DNA from: an uncultured bacterium
Lineage (GTDB): Bacteria; AUK180
Direction: 5' to 3'
Length of the DNA: 64,000 nucleotides
Assembly: GCA_937863565.1 (NCBI GenBank)
Contig: CALMGJ010000010.1
Span: forward strand, 3,431-67,430
Shown here: positions 1 through 8,405 of the stretch, piece by piece
Numbering within the stretch: position 1 is the stretch's first letter
Layout of the letters: each line of letters begins with the position of its first letter
Notes under the pieces: generated by a model
Told to the model about the DNA's origin: nothing
Databases searched by the model: none
The model's input: the letters and a program-made list of their open reading frames with translations, nothing else
Position numbers and translations under genes: made by a program

Positions 1-631
1 GGCATATCCGTTCCTCGTGAAGAAAAGATACGGACTTCCAGCCCTTATATCGATACTGATCGCAGGTCTTTTCCTCACACGGTCCTTCTCGGCCGTCCTG
101 GCATTCCTTTTCCTGGCCGGATCATTTCCCATGAACAGGAAACGGCTCCTCGCGGCCGCGCTTACCGTTGCGGCGATCACCGTTATTCTTCTTTTAACAA
201 GGAAGGCCGATCTGAGGATCTCCGATCCGCATAATCCGGTCGTTATGAGAGTGAAAAATTTCTCGACGGGAATGAACATATTCTTTAAAAGTCCGATCAT
301 CGGGCACGGTATCGGTTCTTTTACCGATCTTCATCAGAAATACAAGGACCCGGATTCAAACGATATCCGTTTCGCGCATAATATCGTCATACAGCATCTT
401 ACTGACGGAGGAATAGTGTTCTTGGGATGCTTTATCTATCTGGCCGTATTTCTTTATCTGAACACTTCTCCGCCAGGCCGCGCCGTCCTGCTTGCCGTCA
501 TCGCTCATAATATGGTGGAATTCTCCTTCTACAGCTCCTCCGTTATGGTCTTCCTGTTCTTTTTATGCGGCGCCTACGGCCAAAAACATCTGTCCTTTAG
601 TGATGAAACGGTGGCACCACGGCAAAGGTGA
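1..631 (+). CDS. O-antigen ligase family (WaaL/Wzy_C-like) membrane protein, 5'-truncated by the window edge
   Basis: Frame is open back to position 2. Hydrophobic segments plus PIIGHGIGSF and FAHNIVIQHLTDGG (HN motif). Confidence 0.75.
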   Translation, partial: AYPFLVKKRYGLPALISILIAGLFLTRSFSAVLAFLFLAGSFPMNRKRLLAAALTVAAITVILLLTRKADLRISDPHNPVVMRVKNFSTGMNIFFKSPIIGHGIGSFTDLHQKYKDPDSNDIRFAHNIVIQHLTDGGIVFLGCFIYLAVFLYLNTSPPGRAVLLAVIAHNMVEFSFYSSSVMVFLFFLCGAYGQKHLSFSDETVAPRQR

Positions 632-717
632 ACCCGCAGCGGTAAAAAGGCCCCGGGCATTTTTTACGCGTAATGACCGTATCTCCTTTCCTGAACGGGA
701 AAAAATAAGCGGGCATA

Positions 718-735
718 ATGTGAATAATTTCACAA
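718..735. promoter_or_regulatory. Rex (NADH/NAD+ sensor)-type operator
   Basis: ATGTGAATAATTTCACAA matches TTGTGAAWWWWTTCACAA at 17/18 positions and lies upstream of an NAD-linked FDH operon. Confidence 0.65.
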
Positions 736-792
736 AATACAACCGGGGTTTTCCTAAATAGTAGAAAATAGTGATTTAATTTCGGAAAAGTA

Positions 793-821
793 TTGACATT
801 GATTAGATTATTTCATATAAT
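793..821 (+). promoter_or_regulatory. sigma70 promoter of the FDH operon
   Basis: Perfect TTGACA(793-798)-N17-TATAAT(816-821). Confidence 0.85.
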
Positions 822-852
822 AAAAAAATCATTGACCGTACGTACTTTTTTG

Positions 853-868
853 TGACCGATGTCGGTCA
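853..868. promoter_or_regulatory. Palindromic operator (TetR-like) or RNA hairpin in the FDH leader
   Basis: TGACCGA-TG-TCGGTCA perfect 7-2-7 inverted repeat, with extra TGACCG half-sites at ~674 and 833. Confidence 0.45.
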
Positions 869-916
869 AGAAGAGGTCTTTAAAAAAAACTACTTGAATA
901 TTCCCAGGGAGGTTTT

Positions 917-1372
917 ATGATAAGCGAGATCCTAAAAAAGTATGAACCGAAGAAAGAGAATCTTTTGAGCATTCTTCACGATGTTCAGGAGTCGAGCGGG
1001 AAAAATTATGTCAGCACCGAATCCGTTTTAGAGATCGGCAAATTCCTCGGTATGACACGTTCGGAGATAAACGGCGTTATGACCTTCTATACCATGCTGT
1101 CAGAAGAACCGAGAGGGAAGTACATAATCAGGATATGCGTATCCGCGCCATGTCATGTGGCCGGCTCCGTTTCCGTGAAGGAAGAACTGAAAAAGGTACT
1201 CGGCATCGACGTGGGCGAAACGACCGGAGACGGTCTTTTCACGCTTGAAGAATCGGCTTGCCTGGGCGTATGCGATATCGCTCCCGCAATGATGGTGGGG
1301 AAAGATGTATACGGCGGTCTCGACGGACATAAAATCAAGAAGATCATTTCCGAATACAGGAGCAGAAAATGA
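917..1372 (+). CDS. NuoE/HydC-like [2Fe-2S] subunit of NAD-dependent formate dehydrogenase
   Basis: TFYTML; CVSAPC...CLGVCDIAP thioredoxin-like 2Fe-2S motif; SD GGAGG. Confidence 0.9.
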   Translation: MISEILKKYEPKKENLLSILHDVQESSGKNYVSTESVLEIGKFLGMTRSEINGVMTFYTMLSEEPRGKYIIRICVSAPCHVAGSVSVKEELKKVLGIDVGETTGDGLFTLEESACLGVCDIAPAMMVGKDVYGGLDGHKIKKIISEYRSRK

Positions 1373-2619
1373 ACACTTCAGATAAAAAGGCGAGGATCGT
1401 GCTTGAGAATGCCGGACGGATAGATCCTCTGAGCATTAAGGAATACATGAACAGCGGAGGGTATGAAGCATTGAAAAAAGCGCTTTCGATGCAGTCTTCC
1501 GCGGTCGTGGACGAAGTGAAAAGATCCGGTCTCAGGGGCCGCGGCGGCGCCGGTTTCCCCACAGGTCTGAAATGGTCGTTCACGGCGCCTCTTCAGGGAC
1601 AGAAATATATCTTATGCAATGCCGATGAGGGCGAACCCGGAACCTTCAAGGACAGACTTGTCATGGAAGGCGATCCTCATAAGCTCATTGAAGGGATGAT
1701 CATTGCGGGTTATGCAATAGGCGCTTCGGAAGGTTTCATCTATATTAGGGGCGAATATTACGCGTCTATAGAAAAGATCGAGAAAGCGATCGCGGCCGCG
1801 GAGGCCGAAGGCCTGCTCTGCGAAAAGGTCCTGGGGAAAGAATTCGCATTCAAACTTTCCGTAAGAAAGGGAGCCGGAGCCTATGTCTGCGGCGAAGAAA
1901 CGGCCCTTATCGAATCGATGGAAGGCAAAAGAGGCAATCCCAGGGTCAAACCTCCGTTCCCGGGAGTCTCGGGTCTGTGGGGAAGGCCCACCGTAGTGAA
2001 CAATGTCGAAACACTGGCAAATATCCCGTATATAATCAAGAACGGCGCTGATGCGTTCAGGAAGATCGGAACGGAGAAATCCCCCGGAACGAAGGTCTTC
2101 CTGCTCAGCGGAAAGGTCAAAGAACCGAAGGCAATTGAAGCGCCGATGGGAACAACGCTCAGGCAGCTTATTTACGATCTCGGCGGCGGCCTGGCCGGAG
2201 GGATAAAATTCAAATGCGCACTTGTCGGAGGCGCTGCAGGAGCATTTCTGGGAGAAGATATGCTCGACGTCCCGATGGATTATGACAATCTTTTGGCAAA
2301 GGGTGCGGTCCTCGGTTCCGGCGTTGTCATGGTCCTCTCTGAGAAAGAGGAGGTAATGCCGGTTCTGAAGAACCTCATGGAGTTCTTCGTGCATGAATCA
2401 TGCGGCCAGTGCGCACCTTGCAGAACGGGGAACAAGATGATACTTGATCTTCTCGGAAGGATCGAAGCGGGTAAGATAGCCGCGGAAAAAGGTTTCGAGA
2501 TGATATTGAAGGCGGCATCAACGATGAAGGAAACATCGCTCTGCGCTTTGGGGCAATCCCCCATTCTGCCGATCTCGAGCGCTTTGAAATATTACAGCAG
2601 GGAATTAACGATAAAATAA
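1369..2619 (+). CDS. NuoF-like FMN/NADH-binding subunit (short, non-bifurcating type)
   Basis: SGLRGRGGAGFPTGLKW, CNADEGEPGTFKDR, GAGAYVCGEET, ESCGQCAPCR. No C-terminal ferredoxin domain. Confidence 0.9.
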   Translation: MNTSDKKARIVLENAGRIDPLSIKEYMNSGGYEALKKALSMQSSAVVDEVKRSGLRGRGGAGFPTGLKWSFTAPLQGQKYILCNADEGEPGTFKDRLVMEGDPHKLIEGMIIAGYAIGASEGFIYIRGEYYASIEKIEKAIAAAEAEGLLCEKVLGKEFAFKLSVRKGAGAYVCGEETALIESMEGKRGNPRVKPPFPGVSGLWGRPTVVNNVETLANIPYIIKNGADAFRKIGTEKSPGTKVFLLSGKVKEPKAIEAPMGTTLRQLIYDLGGGLAGGIKFKCALVGGAAGAFLGEDMLDVPMDYDNLLAKGAVLGSGVVMVLSEKEEVMPVLKNLMEFFVHESCGQCAPCRTGNKMILDLLGRIEAGKIAAEKGFEMILKAASTMKETSLCALGQSPILPISSALKYYSRELTIK

Positions 2620-2629
2620 GGAGATGAAG

Positions 2630-5320
2630 ATGAGCGAAAGAATAAAGGTGATAGTCGACGGAAAGGAAGTGATGCTCGAGAAGGACGCGAACCTTCTTTC
2701 GGAGCTCAGAAAGGCCGGTTATGATGTTCCGGGCCTTTGCTATTATGAAAAAGTAAGCCATACGGGATCCTGCAGACTTTGCGTTTTCAGAAGAAAGGGT
2801 TCTGCTAAACTGGAAACCTCCTGCACGGTTGCCGTATGCGAGAATATGGACATCGAGCTTTTCACCGCGGATATTGAGGAGCACAGGAAGAACCTGCTGC
2901 AGCTGATACTCGCTTCTCATAAGCACGACTGCATGACCTGCGAGAAGAGCGGTGCCTGTGAACTTGAAGCCCTCGCTTACAGATACGGCCTTGACCTCGA
3001 TTCTGAGATCTTTCCCAGCATCGTGGATAAAACCCTGAAAAAAGATAAAAGCTCTCCCGTCCTCTGCTATGACCCGCAGAAATGCATAGCCTGCTACAGA
3101 TGCGTAAAAGCCTGCGATGAGATACAGGAAAAACACATCATCGATATGGATGGACGGAGTTTTCACACTGTCGTTTCCGCAGGTTATAACGAATGGGGCG
3201 GTTCCGACTGCGACGGCTGCGGAGAATGTCTTCAGGCATGCCCCGTAGGAGCGATCACTTCGAAAACCGCCGCGGGAAAAGGCAGACATTGGGAACTTGG
3301 CTCCGTGATCACTACTTGCGAATACTGCGGCGTGGGCTGTCAGTTGAAGATATACACAAAAGGAGATGAGATTATAAAGGTGGAGGGCGTGGATGCGCCC
3401 GCCAATCGCGGCCGCCTTTGTGTGAAAGGAAGGTTCGGGCATGATTATATTCGTTCACCGGAAAGGATCACCAAACCGCTCATAAAAGAGAATGGGGCCT
3501 TCAGGGAAGCTTCCTGGGATGAGGCTCTTGACCTTGCCGCCAAAAAATTCATGGACATAAAGGAAAAAAACGGTGCGAATGCCTTGGGCGGCCTTGCTTC
3601 GGCAAGATGCACAAATGAGGAGAACTATATTTTCCAGAAGTTCATAAGATCAGTATTCGGCACAAATAATGTGGACCATTGCGCGAGACTCTGTCACGCC
3701 TCCACGGTCGCCGGTCTGGCGATCACTTTCGGTTCGGGGGCCATGACGAACACCAATACCGGTTTCGAGGACAGCGACTGCATCTTCATCATCGGGTCCA
3801 ATACCACGGAAACCCATCCTGTGATCTCCACATTCGTCAAGAACGCCGTGAGGAAAGGCGCGGTCCTTATCGTCGCTGATCCGAGAAGGATCGATCTTGC
3901 CAGAAGGGCGAAGGTCCACCTTCAGCAGAGGAACGGCAGTGATGTGGCGCTCGTGAACGGACTCATGCATATCATTTACAAGGAGAATCTTCACAATAAG
4001 GAATTCATTGAGGCGCATACGGAAGGGTTCAAGGAGTTCGCCGAGGTCATCGAAAAATATACGCCTGAAAAGGTCTCCAAACTCACAGGTATTTCTGAAG
4101 AGAAACTCTATTTTGCCGCACGGGCATATGCCAAGGCCAAGAACGCTTCCATAATATTCTCGATGGGCATAACGCAGCACACTACCGGAGTAGACAATGT
4201 CATGTCCCTTGCAAACCTTGCGATGATAGCCGGGCAGATAGGCAGACATGCCACGGGCGTCAACCCCCTGAGGGGTCAGAACAATGTGCAGGGCGCTTGC
4301 GATATGGGTGCCCTTCCCAATGTGTACAGCGGATATCAGAAAGTGGTCGATGCGCCCGTCAAAGAAAAGTTCGAGAAAGCCTGGAACGCGAAAATGGATG
4401 ATAAAGTCGGACTGACGGTTGTCGAGATGATGAACGCCGCCGGCGAGGGCAAGCTCAAGGGCCTGTATATAATGGGCGAGAACCCGATGGTATCGGATCC
4501 GAACCTGCATCATGTAGAAGAATCCCTGAAAAAACTCGAGCTTCTCGTCGTGCAGGATATCTTCCTTACGGAAACCGCGAAGCTTGCCCATATCGTGCTG
4601 CCAGTAACGGCAACGCTGGAAAAGGACGGAACGTTCACAAATACCGAAAGAAGGGTGCAGGTTATAAGAAAGGTATTGGAGCCTCTCGATGGCACGAGGA
4701 ACGATTGGGAGATCGTTGCCGATCTTGCGGGAAGGATGGGTTACAAGATGGGATACGGGAACGTATGGGATATTTTAAAGGAGATCAATGCGCTTACGCC
4801 TATCTATGGCGGCATGACGCCGGAGAGGGTGCCCTCGGGCCTTCATTGGCCCTGCCCAAATGCGGAACATCCCGGTACGCCTTTCCTTCACAAGGACGGC
4901 AATTTCTCCAAAGGAAAGGGCACATTCAAACCGATAGAGTTCAAAGAGCCGGCCGAGCTGCCCGACGGGAAATATCCTTATACACTTTCTACGGGAAGGA
5001 TACTGTGCCATTATCATACCGGCACCATGTCGAGAAAGGTCGATGCGCTCAATGCCTACGTTAAAGAAGGATATGTGGAGATATCTGCTTCGGATGCCGC
5101 TAAATTGGGCATCCAGAACGGTGCAAAGGTGAAGGTCGCTTCCAGAAGGGGAGAGATAATAATAACCGCGAAGATCACGGACAGGGTTGTCCCCGGTTCC
5201 GTGTTCATTCCCTTCCACTTTGTGGAGACCGCTGCCAACAGGCTGACCAATGATGCTCTTGATCCTATTGCCAAGATCCCCGAATTCAAAGTCGCCGCAT
5301 GCAATATCGAAAAGGTATAG
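2630..5320 (+). CDS. fdhF: Formate dehydrogenase alpha subunit (Mo/W-bisPGD, Cys ligand) with N-terminal FeS domains
   Basis: N-terminal 2Fe-2S and 4Fe-4S motifs; CEYCGVGC; NNVDHCARLCH (TGT Cys, not Sec); PLRGQNNVQGACDMG. SD AGGAG at 2619-2623 favours ATG 2630 over 2624. Confidence 0.93.
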   Translation: MSERIKVIVDGKEVMLEKDANLLSELRKAGYDVPGLCYYEKVSHTGSCRLCVFRRKGSAKLETSCTVAVCENMDIELFTADIEEHRKNLLQLILASHKHDCMTCEKSGACELEALAYRYGLDLDSEIFPSIVDKTLKKDKSSPVLCYDPQKCIACYRCVKACDEIQEKHIIDMDGRSFHTVVSAGYNEWGGSDCDGCGECLQACPVGAITSKTAAGKGRHWELGSVITTCEYCGVGCQLKIYTKGDEIIKVEGVDAPANRGRLCVKGRFGHDYIRSPERITKPLIKENGAFREASWDEALDLAAKKFMDIKEKNGANALGGLASARCTNEENYIFQKFIRSVFGTNNVDHCARLCHASTVAGLAITFGSGAMTNTNTGFEDSDCIFIIGSNTTETHPVISTFVKNAVRKGAVLIVADPRRIDLARRAKVHLQQRNGSDVALVNGLMHIIYKENLHNKEFIEAHTEGFKEFAEVIEKYTPEKVSKLTGISEEKLYFAARAYAKAKNASIIFSMGITQHTTGVDNVMSLANLAMIAGQIGRHATGVNPLRGQNNVQGACDMGALPNVYSGYQKVVDAPVKEKFEKAWNAKMDDKVGLTVVEMMNAAGEGKLKGLYIMGENPMVSDPNLHHVEESLKKLELLVVQDIFLTETAKLAHIVLPVTATLEKDGTFTNTERRVQVIRKVLEPLDGTRNDWEIVADLAGRMGYKMGYGNVWDILKEINALTPIYGGMTPERVPSGLHWPCPNAEHPGTPFLHKDGNFSKGKGTFKPIEFKEPAELPDGKYPYTLSTGRILCHYHTGTMSRKVDALNAYVKEGYVEISASDAAKLGIQNGAKVKVASRRGEIIITAKITDRVVPGSVFIPFHFVETAANRLTNDALDPIAKIPEFKVAACNIEKV

Positions 5321-5329
5321 GAGGAAATT

Positions 5330-6160
5330 ATGTCTAACGGATGCAAAGCACCCGGAGCGATCGCCGAAGTACTTTCTTCGGAGGTCTGTGTAAAAAAGGC
5401 CACTAATGATTGGTGGCGTATTGCCATTTTGGGTTTCCTTGCGGGAGCGTTCATCGCTTTCGGGGGCGAACTGGCTACAATGGCGGGATTGGGCGTTGCC
5501 GATAAACTCGGTGTTGGAATTCAGAAGTTCCTTATGGGTTCGGTCTTCTCCGTCGGCCTCATGCTCGTTGTCATAGCGGGCGCGGAACTGTTCACGGGGA
5601 ACAATCTCATGATCATAGGGACCATAGAGAAGAGGATCACCGTGGGCAAGCTCCTTGAAAGATGGCTTCTTGTATATATAACCAATTTCATAGGGGCCAT
5701 TTTCATCGCCTGGCTGATGTACAAGTCCGAATTGTGGAAGACCGGCGGCAATGCGTGGGGGGAATTTGCCATAAATATAGCCAAAGGCAAGGCCACTCTC
5801 GCTTTCTGGCCTGCGTTCTGGAGAGCCATCGGTTGTAACTGGCTGGTGTGTCTTGCCGTATGGATGGCCTTCGCTTCAAGCGACGTTGTCGGCAAGATAT
5901 TCGGCATTTACTTCCCGATCATGGCATTCGTAGCCTCGGGCTTCGAACACATAATCGCCAATATGTATTTCATTCCCATGGGCCTTTTCCTCAAAGGAAA
6001 CGAGGCATTTGCCGCAATGACGGGACTGGAAGGGTTGACCTGGGGCAATATGCTCGTCAAGAATTTCATTCCGGTGACCTTGGGCAATATGGTCGGCGGC
6101 GTGTTCTTCGTAGGTACCCTTTATTTTTGGGCATATCTGAAAAAAGGTAAAGGACAGTAA
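5330..6160 (+). CDS. focA: Formate/nitrite transporter (FocA/FdhC)
   Basis: GAELFTGN, AIGCNWLVCLAVW and GFEHIIANM FNT motifs; FDH operon context. Confidence 0.9.
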   Translation: MSNGCKAPGAIAEVLSSEVCVKKATNDWWRIAILGFLAGAFIAFGGELATMAGLGVADKLGVGIQKFLMGSVFSVGLMLVVIAGAELFTGNNLMIIGTIEKRITVGKLLERWLLVYITNFIGAIFIAWLMYKSELWKTGGNAWGEFAINIAKGKATLAFWPAFWRAIGCNWLVCLAVWMAFASSDVVGKIFGIYFPIMAFVASGFEHIIANMYFIPMGLFLKGNEAFAAMTGLEGLTWGNMLVKNFIPVTLGNMVGGVFFVGTLYFWAYLKKGKGQ

Positions 6161-6756
6161 GTAAAATAAGTTACGCCGTACTTACCGGCGGAAAAAGCTC
6201 CCGCTTCGGCGGGGATAAACTGCTTTTCACATTCGGTAAAGGCAGTATCCTCGATGCCGTAGCGGGAGCCGTCCCTCCGGGAAGGGATATCTATTTCATC
6301 GGCCGCCGTTATGAGGGTTTCCCGGGAACGGGATATTTTCCCGACGTGATGCCCGATGCGGGCCCTATCGGCGGTATATATACGGCCATTCTGAACATTC
6401 CTTCCGAAAATATATACGTTATGGCGGGGGACCTCCCGAGGATCTCCCCCGGACTTCTCCTTTATACGGAAGGATTAGTCGACGAAAATCCAGGTTATGA
6501 CGCTTACGTGCCTGTGAACAAAGGATTCTATGAACCTCTACTCGCGGTCTATTCGAAAAGGATCATGCCCTTTCTTGCCGGCCGGATAGATAACGGGGAA
6601 TTCCGTATCACGGGGATGTTCGAGAATGCCCGCATAATGAGGATCGAAGAGGATAAATGGCGCAGATACGATCCCGAAGGCCTTTCATTTCTGAACATCA
6701 ACCGCAAAGAGGATGTAAAAAAGATAGATGAACTTCATAAAGAAAGTACCGTGTAG
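6157..6756 (+). CDS. mobA: Molybdenum cofactor guanylyltransferase, start codon non-canonical or mutated
   Basis: Extending ORF 6346 upstream in frame gives VSKISYAVLTGGKSSRFGGDK (MobA motif), then GPIGGI, AGDLP, EPLLAVY, FLNIN. No ATG/GTG/TTG between the in-frame TAA at 6148 and the motif. Confidence 0.8.
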   Translation, partial: VSKISYAVLTGGKSSRFGGDKLLFTFGKGSILDAVAGAVPPGRDIYFIGRRYEGFPGTGYFPDVMPDAGPIGGIYTAILNIPSENIYVMAGDLPRISPGLLLYTEGLVDENPGYDAYVPVNKGFYEPLLAVYSKRIMPFLAGRIDNGEFRITGMFENARIMRIEEDKWRRYDPEGLSFLNINRKEDVKKIDELHKESTV

Positions 6757-7465
6757 AAAATACCGACACGGGATATTCGAGGACGCGGAAGATCTGATGA
6801 TCGAAGAAAGGAACTATCCGGCGGAGATCGGCGGCCGGAAGATAAATTTCAAGATATTGCCTGAATACATAGAGCAATTCCTTTACGGATATATGTTCGT
6901 GAATTTCATGATCGAAGGCAGGGAGGATGTGCTCTCCCTGGATATATGCGCAGACAGGGCTGTTGCCGTCCTGAAGAACACCCCGGAATTACCCGGGGAC
7001 ATTGATATGGTTTCCGCCTGTTTCGGTTCGCCGGAATTCCCCGGCGCTCTGGAACCTCTGAACGATGTGTTCCGCATAATCCCTTCCGAGATCACGGAGA
7101 ACACCACCTCTTTTTTAAATAAAGGCGTTTATTTTCCGGAAACAGGCGGCACTCATCTCGCCGCTTTGTTCGAAAAGAACCAAATGTTCGCTTTCTACGA
7201 GGATATCGGACGCCACAATGCCGTCGACAAGATCATCGGCCATATGCTGCTCAATGATATAAACCCGGAAGGAAAATCGCTCTACACGACAGGGCGCATA
7301 TCTTCCGAGATCGTCAAAAAAGCGGTGCGTGCCCGCATCCCCGCCGTGATCTCACGCTCCGCGGTGACCTGCGCGGCATTGAACGCCGCGATAAAATACG
7401 GCCTGACACTTATAGGTTTTTCCCGCGGTCAAAGATTCAATATCTACACCGAAGGCCGTCCCTGA
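6728..7465 (+). CDS. fdhD: Formate dehydrogenase accessory sulfurtransferase
   Basis: TGGTHLAAL, EDIGRHNAVDKIIG, TGRISSEIVKKA. Confidence 0.9.
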   Translation: MNFIKKVPCRKYRHGIFEDAEDLMIEERNYPAEIGGRKINFKILPEYIEQFLYGYMFVNFMIEGREDVLSLDICADRAVAVLKNTPELPGDIDMVSACFGSPEFPGALEPLNDVFRIIPSEITENTTSFLNKGVYFPETGGTHLAALFEKNQMFAFYEDIGRHNAVDKIIGHMLLNDINPEGKSLYTTGRISSEIVKKAVRARIPAVISRSAVTCAALNAAIKYGLTLIGFSRGQRFNIYTEGRP

Positions 7466-7498
7466 ATGATGTTCCCGGTCCCGCCCGGCGAAATATGA

Positions 7499-7528
7499 TT
7501 GAAAATCTGACCTCAATTGTGGTATAAT
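7499..7528 (+). promoter_or_regulatory. sigma70 promoter, probably giving a leaderless mRNA for 7534
   Basis: TTGAAA-N18-(TGG)TATAAT, then 5 nt, then ATG; no SD. Confidence 0.6.
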
Positions 7529-7533
7529 GAAAT

Positions 7534-8400
7534 ATGAGAAAGATATACACCGTTACTTTGCTTGTTTCCCTTGTTATTATCGGCGGGATCATGTACCTCA
7601 TCTTCGCGCCTCTTCTTTTTGACGAAAGGCGTGATGTAGATGTGCGCGGATTCACTCTCTCGGTCCCTGAGCGGCTTCTCGAGGAACTTGACACGGGCAG
7701 ATCCGGTCCGCCTCTTTCCGTGAAAAAGGGATATGTTCTCTGGGTGCACACGCTTCCCGCCTCTTCTTTCAAAGAGGGGAATTTCTTTAAAAATTATCAG
7801 AGAGTGAATGAGTACCGCCGGGGCAAGATCTACTTCTACTCGAGGAATAAGGCGCTTTTTTTAGGTTTTTACATGATCAAGGATGAAAACGTTCTTGTCA
7901 TGAAATTCAATACGCGTTCTTCGGTATCGGACTGGCTGCCGTGGTTCTTCAAGATCGCCTGGCCGGAGCTCACGGACGAAGAAAGAAAGGCAATAGAAGA
8001 CTATGAAGATAATTTCGTAGGCTCGGCCCGGATGATATCCTCATACGGCCTGGGGCTGCTTCTTACGGGGATCATAGCTTTCTCGGTACTTCTCAATTTG
8101 TTCATAATGGGAAAGGTCGTACGCAAGCCGAAAAATTACGACGAGATATCCGTCGAAGGGATCATTTTCGAGAAAAACGATGTCCCGGTATCGGTCTCAA
8201 GCGCGATGAGCCACGGCTCCTCGTTCGTTTTTGTCGTGATCACAAGTTATTATTTCAGGGCATATGTGTTCGGCAGGGAGCTCTTCAAGATAAAAAGACA
8301 GGACCTGAGCAAGTATGTGACCGCCAACAGGCTCATCTACACGGTGAAGAACACCCGGTACTCGATCAATATGAAGTACTTTCAGGACGCGGGGTTATAA
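7534..8400 (+). CDS. Hypothetical membrane protein (two predicted TM segments)
   Basis: 288-aa ORF with N-terminal and central hydrophobic helices; promoter directly upstream. Confidence 0.65.
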   Translation: MRKIYTVTLLVSLVIIGGIMYLIFAPLLFDERRDVDVRGFTLSVPERLLEELDTGRSGPPLSVKKGYVLWVHTLPASSFKEGNFFKNYQRVNEYRRGKIYFYSRNKALFLGFYMIKDENVLVMKFNTRSSVSDWLPWFFKIAWPELTDEERKAIEDYEDNFVGSARMISSYGLGLLLTGIIAFSVLLNLFIMGKVVRKPKNYDEISVEGIIFEKNDVPVSVSSAMSHGSSFVFVVITSYYFRAYVFGRELFKIKRQDLSKYVTANRLIYTVKNTRYSINMKYFQDAGL

Positions 8401-8405
8401 GAGCT

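Noticed and set aside
3670-3700. Selenocysteine in formate dehydrogenase
   Set aside because: The ligand codon is TGT (CARLCH) and there is no in-frame TGA.
6137-6160. Programmed -1 frameshift fusing focA to mobA at the A6 run
   Set aside because: The -1 frame hits TAA at 6148 right after the run.
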